Shown in pieces: positions 1-28,598 of a stretch of DNA of 64,000 nt. Source of the DNA: Salpingoeca rosetta (taxonomy: Eukaryota; Protista; Choanoflagellata); contig JAWQFM010000002.1 of NCBI GenBank assembly GCA_033442325.1, forward strand, positions 395,841-459,840, written 5' to 3'. Within the stretch, counting starts at the first letter, position 1; each line of letters opens with the position of its first letter. The translations under genes and the position numbers were made by a program. The notes below the pieces were generated by a model. That model did no database searches, was not told where the DNA came from, and saw only the letters and a list, made by a program, of their open reading frames with translations.

Positions 1-104
<104 letters not shown>

Positions 105-208
105 GAACGTGAGAACTTGAACACGACAAAAGCAGAGCAGTGCAGCAAATTCACGCACACCCACACCCACCACCACCACACACATACACAGCAACCGCCA
201 CAGCTCAC

Positions 209-2513
209 CATGTCCAGGGCCAGCCAAGCGTGCTCCTTCTGTGCCGCTGGGCAGCGGACCCACAGATCAATGCACGTGTCGCTCACAATGCGGCCCAAGC
301 ACTCAGCAGAGGCCAGCAGGCCAAAGAACCCCGTCTGCCACAGGCTTGTGGTGTAATCCAAACACTGCACAATGCGCGACTGTACACGCGGGAACACGCC
401 AGGGGGGAAAATCATCCCGTGGTGTTGCGCAATCTGCAGGCGGCGGCCAGCAAACACTTCAACAGACCCATCTTCTCCCCACAGACGCTCTGGGCGCCAC
501 TCCAGCCGCGACAGCAGCATGAAAACGCGCTCATCACCGTCACCATCACTTCCGTGCATGGCGGCGTCCTCTTCGTAACACAGCAGCATGCTGCTCAGCA
601 CGTCCACCACGAGGTCTGGATCCAACACCCGCCCAAACACGCGCTGCATCTCCGAGAACACCACACGCCCTTCCGTTGCCCGCAAGTGGACGGGGAAGTG
701 GTCCGGTGCCAGCGCTGGGCCAACCACTTTGCTCAGCAGCCAGGAAGGGGAGACGAAGATCTGGTCGGCAAGCGATGGAATGGACTGGAACCACAGAACA
801 TCTCCACGCACGTGTAGGTAGCTGAATGAGGAGGCGGTGTGGGTATGGGGGATAGTGGTGAGCATTGGTCGTAGTAGGTGTTCGCACAGCGACCACACTC
901 ACACACACTCACACACTCACACCCACACCCACACCCACAAGCACACCCACAACACATACCACACATACACTCACACACATACACACACACACCTGAGCGC
1001 CTTGCAGAAGATGTCCTCGTTCAAGCCGGGAATGCGCGCCAACTCCCCCACGTGCTCGAGGAGGAACGAAAACAGCCGGTGCAATGCCCATGGGCCTTCA
1101 TCTTCCTTTCTGCACAATGCAAGCCCCTCGCCGATCAATTCCACCACTTTGGGCACTTGAATGTCTTGCTGCACGACCTCCAGCCACGCAGCGTGAAGCA
1201 AATCGCGCAAGTGATGCATGCAGGCACCGCCCAACTCGTGGCAATTGAGAGGAATCACGTGTGGATGGATGCGCATCGTGTCACCAAACCACTCCTGCAG
1301 CTGGCGGCTCTGCAACAGCGCGTCGCCACTCGGAAACTGCATTGGCGGCAAAGAGACGCCAGAAGCATGTGGTATAGCTTCTGCTGTCGTCTCCACCAGC
1401 GTGTTGTGCTCGAGTGGTTTGTCTGCCTTGGTGCCAACAATGAACACGTGCGGTGGATGCGGTGAACGGTGCACAGCTTGGTGCAGCCGCGTCTTGATGA
1501 AGCGAAGCCAGTACAGCACAGCCTCCTCCACGTTGGCCATGTCCTTGGACAAGTCCACGCACACGACGAAGACGGCGTTGTGGTCCGCAAACAGCAGCTC
1601 GTGCACCACGTGGTACTCCGTCTGCCCAGCGAAATCATACACCCGCAGCTTGCACGACGGGAGCGTTGTCTCGTGACCGGATGAGTCTTCGGTCCCTCCT
1701 GCTGCGCCAGCTGGCGATGGTGTGAGGGAGACGCTGCCAGATGACCCGCCTCTCTTGAGTGCGAAGTTGTGCATCTCAACGCCGGGAGTACGTTGATCTG
1801 GGCGGTCGGGCTCGTCGTACGTTTTGCGACGACGGCGCACCATGGTGTTAATGACATGTGGAGACGACTGCAGCGTGTTGATGAGGGTGGTTTTGCCGAT
1901 GCCATAGTGCCCGCATACAAACACCTTGGCTGTTGAGAGCGGAACAGAGCCGTGTTCGAGGAGGGCTTTCAATTCTTGCGTGCGGGAGGCAAGCTTCCGG
2001 TTTCGCTCAAGCGCAGACTTGATGCGAGCCATAAGCTTGTCCGGCACCCACTCGGTAAAACTAAATTCGAACCACAACTACAGTGAGAGAGTGGGAGTAA
2101 GAAGAGAGGACCAAGGTGAGAACAGGGATGGTCTGGAGTCTTAGGAGCAAGTGCTATCGACGACAACAACCCTAGAACGTGCTCGTCAACGCGTGCACAC
2201 GCCCCTCAGGATGCATAGAGCACCCACACGCGCAAAGGCGTCATAAGAACAGCTTCGTCAACTACAGCCCCGATGCGGAGACACAACCACACATACAGCT
2301 CACAGCAAACACCTCTTTGGCAGAGCACTGACACCTGCAGTCCAGCACAATATCACCCAAATCGAATACCCATGCACTTTGCCATTCCACACACTCATTG
2401 GACACTGCAGCCACCACATACAGTACATAACCTTGCGTCGTCGCAGCATTGGCGAGCTGAGTTGCCATTACGCATGTAAGGGTAAACCCAAGAAGCAAGA
2501 CATGGTACATTAG

Positions 2514-2583
<70 letters not shown>

Positions 2584-2858
2584 TCAGACAAATCCTATCT
2601 GAGTTTGCAGACGACAGCTAAGGTCCCAACAGAGCGGTATATTCCTACAACACACAAAAGACACTCCTGATGGTCTTTTTTAGATCTGTGCGCGAAGATA
2701 GTAGACTTTGAGACACCAAACGGATTAGCATTGGTACATCCGCTTTACTGCAGGACCTGGCATGAGAAGATGTCGCACTGTTTAAAGTGGGGTACAAAAT
2801 AGTCAAGCCTGGGTGACTATGCCGAATATCATCGGTGGGGATACCGTGATCTATAGTA

Positions 2859-2929
<71 letters not shown>

Positions 2930-5900
2930 GGAAGGGCAGTGGTTCAGTCGAGGAAGCTGAGAGAACATACTGCAATAATGAGCACAATTCATCACATCTA
3001 GACACTTCGTTTGTCTCTCCACGTTTCAAATAGCACTCAAACCGACACGAGCACTCTCGCAGCTCCATCATTGCAATACAAACAGCCGAGTACAAGAAAA
3101 AAGGAGAAAGAAAAGATGCCGCGAAGCTTATCATACACTAAGCCACCCGTCATACACACCCAAGCCAATACCAACCCCAGAACTTGAAGCGTTGTATTGA
3201 CTGTCAGTGCCTCCGCAAAGGCCACGGCGCTCTCAGCGTAGGCCAGGCTGCGTGGTGTGGTTGTGGAGTTGTCGTAATTGTGGTGCAAGTGACCCGCAGT
3301 CAATCGCATCATAACCGCACAAACACAAACACACAAGCATCCTCGCCCACTGCCCTCCCCGCAGCCTTCATACCCCTGTCAAATAACCGCAACTAGCAGC
3401 CACGCCTGATCCTGATACAACACAGAAGTACCACCGCCCCCTCTCCTCCCACACCACAACTGTCCTTATGACACGCGCAGAAAGCGCCTCAACGTAACAT
3501 GTCTCAGTCACCAACAATGCCTCGGTGCACACAAGCACCCACACTCACTAGAGCGTTGTCAGCGTCGTGTTGACCTTCAATGCCTCCGCGATCGCCTTCC
3601 TGCCTTCGGAGCCAACATTTGTCTCCCACAAGCTTCGTAGCATCGACGAGAATTGTGTGACACAACGTAAGTCTGTAACAGATATGGCAACAGCACATCA
3701 CCCTTTTCACGCAACGTGCAACGCAGATATTCATGTCCCCACGAAAACGACAAACACAGTCATGTCACACCCAAAACACAATGCATCCCATCGCCAAAGA
3801 CAAAAGTAATGCAGTGCAGGACAGCAACATGGAACACGCGCAAACATCACACACTTCAATGTTCCCACCACACAATTTTCAGTGCCATATCACATCAAAA
3901 ACGCGAGGCCACAGCACAGACACGCATACCATCGCACCAGGCGTTGGCAAGCCACCGCAATCCTGCGCGCAAGCTAAGACGATAAAACACAGTCAGCCAA
4001 CAATACCAACAAATTACATACCCCAGTAACACGAGCGTTGTGTTCACGTTCAGTGCCTCCGCAAAGGCCACGGCGCTTTCAGTTCCAACGTCGTCATTCC
4101 CCAGGCTGCGTGTGTTGTGATGGTTGTAGCGCATGTGGTACGCCGTTAGTCCACGCATCGCATAAAGTTCAAGAACGTTGCACCGCAATCATATCCAAAC
4201 CAGCATGCATAGTACACAGCACACGAGCCCGCAACACAGTAGCTACCATACAAGCCAGCAACCACGCCTGACGTGACAGAACGAATGCCGTCACACGCAT
4301 ACAGACACCACACACCACAACTATCCAAAATCATCACACACGTACGCACATGCAGGAAATGTAGCAGCACACCTCCTTTCAACACGACACAGCACAATGT
4401 GCCTCTGCAACACGAACGCACATTCACACAAAATCACATACATTCATACTCAGGCCCGCAATGAAACAACTCACTAGAGCTCCATCAGCGTCGTGTTCAC
4501 CTTCAGTGCCTCCGCAATTGCCTTCCCACCTTCAGGTCCAAGACCGCTCCACGCCAGGCTGCATGTGGTTGTGGTATTGTTGTGGTTTGTAGTGTGGGTG
4601 TGTGCAATCTTGAGTGCATGACACATGGCATCAGACAATCCACTACCTGAGCATCGAGCGGCAAATCCCTACCCTCAACATGCGTGTTCAAAACGAACAA
4701 CTACGTCACATCCAACACTTACACACACAACACACACCCACAAAGCACAACCCTCATAGTGTGACAACATCAACCAAACTCAATCTCAGGACCTCATCAC
4801 ACACAGCCACCACTGTGCGATGACCGCAGACCCATCACAACGTATATGCACGCGCGTGATATAAACTGGTATCCTTTCACGTCTATCAAAGCAGCACGTC
4901 ACTGCCTCATCCATACCAACCATCAGAAAACCAACCACTCACACCACATCAGCAGCACGATGTGCCTCTGCCACACAAACGCATATTCACACAAAATCAC
5001 ACACATTCATACTCAGGGCCGCAACGAAACAACTCACTAGAGCTCCGTCAGCGTCGTGTTGACCTTCAATGCCTCCGCAATTGCCTTCCCGCCTTCAGGT
5101 CCAACATGGTTGCCTACCAGGCTGCATGGTGTTGTAGAACAGGTTCATTGTGGTTTGTAGTGTGGGTGTGTGTGTGCGTGTGCGTGCGTGCGTGTGATGT
5201 GGTTATCGTGTATGGGTGTGCGTGTTTGTTTGGGTGTGTGAGTATGCACATCGCATGAATTAGCTACTGTAGCCTGTTCAAAATGACTACATGAAACTTA
5301 AGGCCGAAACTCAGCATGAGCCCATTCATGTTCATTTCTTGTCATCCGCTCCGTACTCACTTGACCTGGTCGCCACACGTGTTGTTCCAAATGATGAGGA
5401 TCTTTGCTTTGAGCAATTCATCTTCGACCTTCTCCAGATACTCCCTGAACAGCGCTTCATCTGCGACACCCTCCCGCACAGGCGGTGGCGTGTCACTCCA
5501 TTGCTGTTGCTGTTGAATCATCCCCTGTTCTCCTTCGTCGCTCGCCTCAACTTTCACCTTCTCATCTGCCTGCCTTTCATCTTCGTTGTCACGCACCTCT
5601 TCTGTGCCATCCACCTTCGTATTATCCTCATTTCCCATTTCGTTCTTGCGCCACGTCCTCGCCTTGCATGCTCGCCGGAACCTGGCAATCTCTGCTGGCT
5701 TCAACTTCCTTTCTCGCATCAGCATTCCCTCATGCAGCTGTCGCACGCCCTCTGTTGGCTTGGGTTCGCTGCCCTGCTGCCCTCGCTTTTGCTGTTGTTG
5801 TCGCCGTTTTGCAAGTGCACGCGTTCTCGGATTCCGCATGGCCTCTGTTGCCTGTTCCAGCTTGTGGAGACCTGTGATGTTATGCTTCTCAAGCACCAGC

Positions 5901-6505
5901 CCCATGGAGGACAGCATGTTGTAGCGCTGCAGCCACTGTGTCAGGTCAGCGTCCAGCGTGGTTGGTAGCTGCCGTGTGATGACGGAGGAGTGACCTTTGC
6001 CGCCCTTGCCGTCGCCGTTCGAAGTGCTGATGTGGTTGAGCTTGTCTGCAATGGCTGGGGCGAGATCATGTGGTAGGGACATGGATTCTGGATCGCTTGA
6101 AGCAGGGATCCATGGAAAGTAGGAGATGGAATCGGGAAGGTGGAACTGGGCGAACTCCTCCTCAAAGTCGTCACACATCTTGATGAAGAAGAACGGCTTC
6201 TGCCTTGCCGTGATGAAGCGCAGCTCCTCATAAGTGCTGAAGGTGGACGGCGTCTTCTTCCCGTAAGTTTTGGTGCCCATGATGACAGCCAAGTCACAGG
6301 CCGCGAGAGCCGTGATGATCTCTTCTTCCATATTGCCACCAGGCTTGACGTCACACAGGAACACGTCCAAGCCGTGCACCTGCTCCAGCTCACGCTTGAG
6401 CAGCTTGCCTGCATGCCCGGCCTCTCCAAACCGCAGCGAAATGAACACCTTCTTGCGACGGCTGCGTTGGGATGCCTTCTTCCGTACCGGCTTTGGTGAG
6501 CTCAT
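209..6505 (-). CDS. TIR-(SAM-like)-LRR-ROC-COR (Roco family) protein, multi-exon, 3' end beyond the window start
   Basis: Exon 6505-5361: TIR-like (KKVFISLRF...DVFLCD...CDLAVIMGTKTYG...STYEELRFI), then a SAM-like segment and NNTCGDQV. LRR exons 5121-5038, 4558-4475, 4105-4022, 3632-3549 (84 nt each) and 3247-3176/3172. Exon 2077-993: ROC GTPase (GHYGIGKTT, RTPGV, YDFAGQ, VGTKAD). Exon 821-209: COR-like (YLHVRGDVLWF...IFVSPSWLLSKVVG). GT-AG junctions were read directly. Confidence 0.85.
2516..2927. repeat. (CA)n microsatellite interrupted by a ~280 bp unique segment (about 2582-2861)
   Basis: Pure CA runs at 2516-2581 and 2862-2927 flank non-repetitive sequence inside the Roco intron. Confidence 0.9.
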
Positions 6506-6775
6506 CCTGGCAGGGAAAGAGGGAAGGCTGGGAGGGGAGGTGACTCTGGTCTTCTGGTGAGGGTGACTCCCTCCTCCGCAGGACAGCAGGCTAGCAGGAC
6601 CTCAGGACAGCACGTCGATCTCGATGTCTGTCTTCTCGTCGTCTGGTTGTTGTGGGGTGTGGCGCAAAGCAAAATAAATGTGGGCTTGCGAATTTTCATT
6701 GAAAATATGAACAAATACTCCACCTCAGGCCAAAACATAGTTCTTGTGTACAATTTCTGCCTCCGGCACCAAAAA

Positions 6776-6848
6776 GGGGCTGTAGCTCAAGTGGTAGAGC
6801 GCTCGCTTAGCATGCGAGAGGTACCGGGATCGATACCCGGCAGCTCCA
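6776..6848 (+). tRNA. tRNA-Ala (anticodon AGC)
   Basis: GGGGCTG acceptor stem pairs with CAGCTCC-A (G3:U70); D arm TAGCTCAAGTGGTAGAGC; anticodon arm CTCGC-TTAGCAT-GCGAG; T arm CCGGG-ATCGATA-CCCGG; 73 nt. Confidence 0.97.
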
Positions 6849-6855
6849 CGGTGAA

Positions 6856-6862
6856 TTTTTTT
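6856..6862 (+). terminator. Pol III oligo-T terminator of tRNA-Ala
   Basis: T7 run starting 8 nt after the tRNA 3' end. Confidence 0.8.
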
Positions 6863-7095
6863 CTGTCCACTCCGTTCACGTCGGGCAACACTCACGCTTG
6901 TCGCTGCGGTGTTGCGCCAAATGACATGGTGGTTTTCTTTTTGACGTGAAGGTTTACTGTGCAACGTCCACAAACACACAACTACCACAAATGCACCACG
7001 CAATACACACACGCACACACACACACATACGCACACACACACATACACACATACACACACACACACACACACACAACACACGCCCTTCCCCTTCA

Positions 7096-8993
<1,898 letters not shown>

Positions 8994-9110
8994 CTTTGCT
9001 TGTCGGCTGCTCTGTCGCTGTCGTTCACATTAGTCCTGCGCAACACCACAAAATGCAGAGAAAAAATCGTGTTTGTTCGTGTTTGTGCTGTGGGCGCCAG
9101 CCACATTCAG

Positions 9111-9122
9111 TTTCGCGCCAAA
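9111..9122. promoter_or_regulatory. Overlapping double E2F-type site TTTCGCGCCAAA in the RBMX2/RPA1 bidirectional promoter
   Basis: TTTCGCGC on + and TTTGGCGC on -, about 50 nt upstream of the RPA1 ATG at 9174. Confidence 0.6.
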
Positions 9123-9173
9123 ACACACAAGCAGCAAGCAACGCACCACCACCGGATACAGAACAAGCAGACG

Positions 9174-13407
<4,234 letters not shown>

Positions 13408-13442
13408 GTGAGGCTGTTGAAACCCTCAAACTGCACACACAC

Positions 13443-13485
<43 letters not shown>

Positions 13486-13884
13486 GGCGAAAGCAACGCA
13501 AGCACCTGTCTGTTCTACCTTAACTGCTTCCCGCTTGATTGCCTCAGTTTGTCTTTTCCTTCCCCTTAAACAATGGACGAAAGACAGCATGTGTGCGTGT
13601 GTGCGTGTGTGCGTGACACAAGGCTTGTGTTGGTCGGCAACACACAGCAACTGCAAAAGCCCTGACCATGCTTCACGCCACAAACAACACAGTGTCCACG
13701 ACAACAACAACACATGCACGCACACATGCACGCACACACAACACGCGCAAGTCACTGGCGTCCTGCCTGACAAACGCGCTTGAAATGCCGGTGTGTTTTT
13801 TCATTTTGTCGCTGTTGTCAAGCACGCCCACCACCTTTCACTGCCACCCGCCCCTTCCAACACGCTCTTGTCTCCTTGTAACAA

Positions 13885-13972
13885 CAGCCACGCGCAGCCA
13901 CACGCAGCCACACGCAGCCACACGCAGCCACACGCAGCCACGCGCAGCCACACGCAGCCACGCGCAGCCACA
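13885..13972 (+). repeat. 10-bp tandem repeat (CACGCAGCCA/CGCGCAGCCA), about 8-9 copies, upstream of the TRP gene
   Basis: Visible directly in the sequence. Confidence 0.85.
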
Positions 13973-14015
13973 CCGCCAACGCGGCACATTTCCCAGCGTG
14001 CCACCCCCGTGTGTG

Positions 14016-18518
<4,503 letters not shown>

Positions 18519-18727
18519 GCTTGTGTGTGTGTGTAGTTTTCTTGCGTGTTCGTTGCGTTTTGTTTGGTTCTCTCTTCTCTTGCTGTACATGTTTGTTGAA
18601 ATTGAACTACATGGCTGGTGGAACTACGAATTAAACGGCTGAAGGGCTGAAGGAAGGGAGGGAAGAAGGCCAAACGGAAGAGGCGTATTGGTGTCTCGGG
18701 TGTCTGGTACAACAGAAGAACAGAACA

Positions 18728-18774
<47 letters not shown>

Positions 18775-19159
18775 GCGCGCGCGCGCACACACACACACAC
18801 ATGATTCGAATACGCCGCGGCACTCACTTTGCGCAAAGCGACGCCATAAATTAATTGGTGTTGGAAACACACAAACAAACACATTTCGCCATGATCAGTC
18901 TCAAGCAACATGGAGCCTCACCTTCATCACGATGCGTGTTGCTTCGCCAACGCTCAAGCAAGGCAAGCAAGTGAAGCAAGGCGAGAACTTGCCATGATGT
19001 GATCCCCACACACCATTCGCAGCAGTCGTTCTTCTGTCTCTGTCGTGCCTCCATCGCCGTTCATTTTTTTCTCAAACCAGCAAGACACCCAGACGGCCCG
19101 CAGGACCCCACGCAAGACTTTGACGCCCAACCAACCAACCAGCCGACCGACCGCGCACC

Positions 19160-19702
19160 ATGTCGATGGCCGTGATACCGCCTGCGCATGGCAGGGCAGG
19201 GAAGGAGAAGGCGACGCAGGAGGAGCCGCTGATCAAGCCGGAGGAGAAGAAGGAGACGCGCGTTTTGGTTGAGCCCGCAAAGTCGAGCCGGTCGACGTGC
19301 CGCCGGTGCAAGGACACGATTGACCGGGGCGAGACACGCATCGGCATCATGGCGCCGAGCCGGTACTCTGGCGAAACTCCAGCCTACGACACGACGTGGT
19401 GGTTCCACGTGCCGTGCTTCATCACGCGCCAGCTCCGCTCCCGCGAGTACACCCCCAAGGTGCGGGAGACGAGCGACCTGGAAGGGTTTGACGACCTGGA
19501 CCCCAAGGAGCGCCACAAGCTCGAGCAGACACTCAAGGACTTCAACAGGCAGTATGCCGAGCGCCTGGAGCGGCGCAGGGCTCGACGCGGCCGCCTCACC
19601 AGCGACGAGGAGGAAGAGGATGAGTCGGAAGAAATCGAGCAGAAGCTGGAAGAGGAAGTCCAAAGCCACCGTGCCGAGCGCCGCGCCCGGCACGCCAAGT
19701 GA
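19160..19702 (+). CDS. Stand-alone PARP-type zinc finger protein (180 aa, intronless)
   Basis: VEPAKSSRSTCRRCKDTIDRGETRIG...WWFHVPCF...DLEGFDDL matches zf-PARP CX2C...HX2C; acidic/basic tail; own stop codon. Confidence 0.85.
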   Translation: MSMAVIPPAHGRAGKEKATQEEPLIKPEEKKETRVLVEPAKSSRSTCRRCKDTIDRGETRIGIMAPSRYSGETPAYDTTWWFHVPCFITRQLRSREYTPKVRETSDLEGFDDLDPKERHKLEQTLKDFNRQYAERLERRRARRGRLTSDEEEEDESEEIEQKLEEEVQSHRAERRARHAK

Positions 19703-19725
19703 CACAATTGACACAAACTGCGCGC

Positions 19726-19797
<72 letters not shown>

Positions 19798-20105
19798 TTG
19801 CTTCTCTCAACTCGCCGACTTGCTTGCTTGCTTCTTATCCCTCCAAAAACGCAGTTCTCTGTCTGCTTTCATATCCTTGTGTGTGTCACCCCTAACTGAA
19901 AACTGCTGACATCAGCAACAACGATCAACGAACAAGCAACAAGCCAAGACAGGCAACACAAGCGAAGCAAAGCACCACTGTTCCAACACGCACCTTGCCT
20001 CATTTATCCCATCACGTCCCATCGCAGAGCACATCCAAACACACACACACTCAACACAACACACACACAACACGACACGTGTGTGCCTTCATTGCGTGAG
20101 CGCGC

Positions 20106-26832
<6,727 letters not shown>

Positions 26833-26849
26833 CGTGCCGATCCGCGTGC

Positions 26850-26894
<45 letters not shown>

Positions 26895-26898
26895 GCTG

Positions 26899-26937
<39 letters not shown>

Positions 26938-27602
26938 CCCTCTGTCTCACACACAAACACACACGCACACACACACCCTCTCTTTCTGTCTCTCAATCTG
27001 CATTCCCTTTCTCCCCTCCTCTCACTCTGCCTGTTAACTGTTCCCTATTCGTTGTGCATATTTGGTGAAGGTGCATGACGAGAAGATGGCTGCTGTATGT
27101 TTGTAGTTGGTGTTCATGCAAGCTTGCAACGTCACTGTCACGGCACCCAGTTGTAGTAAAACCGCACCTTCAAGTCGCCGTTGTGTGTGAATGGGGAGAC
27201 GAAGACAAGACACAAGCAAGACAGATGAATGGACATGTAGGAGAAAGGGGGACAGGCAACGCGAGAACAACCATATATCAACGGGAACAGAGAGAACGAA
27301 CACGAAGAGGATATGAAAGCGAGCGGAGGGACTGGGGGGGGGGTGGAACATGAAGGAAGGAAGGCTGATTAACGATGGAGTTGGAAAACGGTTGTTTAGG
27401 GGAGATGCAATCGAGTGTGAATGAGAAAACGAAGACGCAGACAAGACAAGGGACGCAGACAGCAGCAAGGGATGAAAGCAACGCGCAAAACCCCATAAAA
27501 GGAAAAACACCAACAAAGGCAACAAAGGGGGAAAACCCCCGAAAGAGGGAGAATGGAACATCCCTTTCTCTCCCCCCTCTCTGTCTTGTGTGGCGGCTCA
27601 AG

Positions 27603-28539
27603 TTACGAGTAGATGTCGTTCATGAGGTTCTTGAGGAAGTCTGTGACGAGACCCTTGTCCGGCATCTTTTCCACCATGCCGTACATCGCAGCAACGCCCT
27701 CAGCGGACAGCTCGTGGTTCTTCACAGCCGTCACAGCCTGTGTGTGTGTGTGTGCGTTGACCGGTGGAAGGGGGGGTTGTGACGGTGAGCATTCATGCAT
27801 GAAGTGATGAATGTACGCACGAGAGACGTGCGACTTGCTGCAGCATGACATGGTTGTTCTCGGAAGGAGCAGCAACAGTAGTCACAGAGACAAACACGTC
27901 CATCGTACTTACACACATACACAAACACACAAACACACACACACACACAGCATGCAGACGCACTCACGCCCACATGCCAACCCCAAATCCCCGCTCCCTC
28001 CCAACTCACGTCCTTGAGGGCCTGGACGAGGTCGTCGGCGGCGTTGGCGTGGTGCGGCATAATGCTGAAGTGCAGGCACGTCGGGTTCTGCTGCCGCTCA
28101 ACCTTCCAGTTCTTGCTCTCCATCACATCTGCCACTGCCTGGATGTCGACGCTCGGGTTGGTGGAGATGACGGCGAAGGCGGTCATGTTGGGTTCGCCAA
28201 CAATGTCGAGGTCGTCCAAGGCGCGGATGGCGGTGATGAGCTTGGTGGTCGTGGTCATCGTGTCGCGGGCAATGCGCATGAAGCCGTCCTTGCCCTGCGC
28301 TTTAAGGGCCGCCCACGAGGCAGCAATTGTGCCACCTGCAGCACGTCATGGTGATGGTGTTGGTGGTCGTTGTTGTAATCGTGGTTACCTTACATGGGCC
28401 CCAATAACGAACAGTTGACATTCACGCACACGCTTGCTCAACGAGAACACAACCACACACACAACCTGTTTCATTGTCACTCACACATGTGCATACATGC
28501 ACACAACACAAGCACACAAGCACACACAGAGGCACACGT

Positions 28540-28598
<59 letters not shown>

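Noticed and set aside
13668-14015. N-terminal extension of the 1616-aa ORF
   Set aside because: It is made of CA-rich and 10-bp repeats and includes the candidate promoter motif, so it is more likely promoter or 5' UTR
18827-18838. Perfect 12-bp palindrome CTTTGCGCAAAG upstream of the zf-PARP gene
   Set aside because: Several 12-bp palindromes are expected by chance in 64 kb, and there is no second line of support
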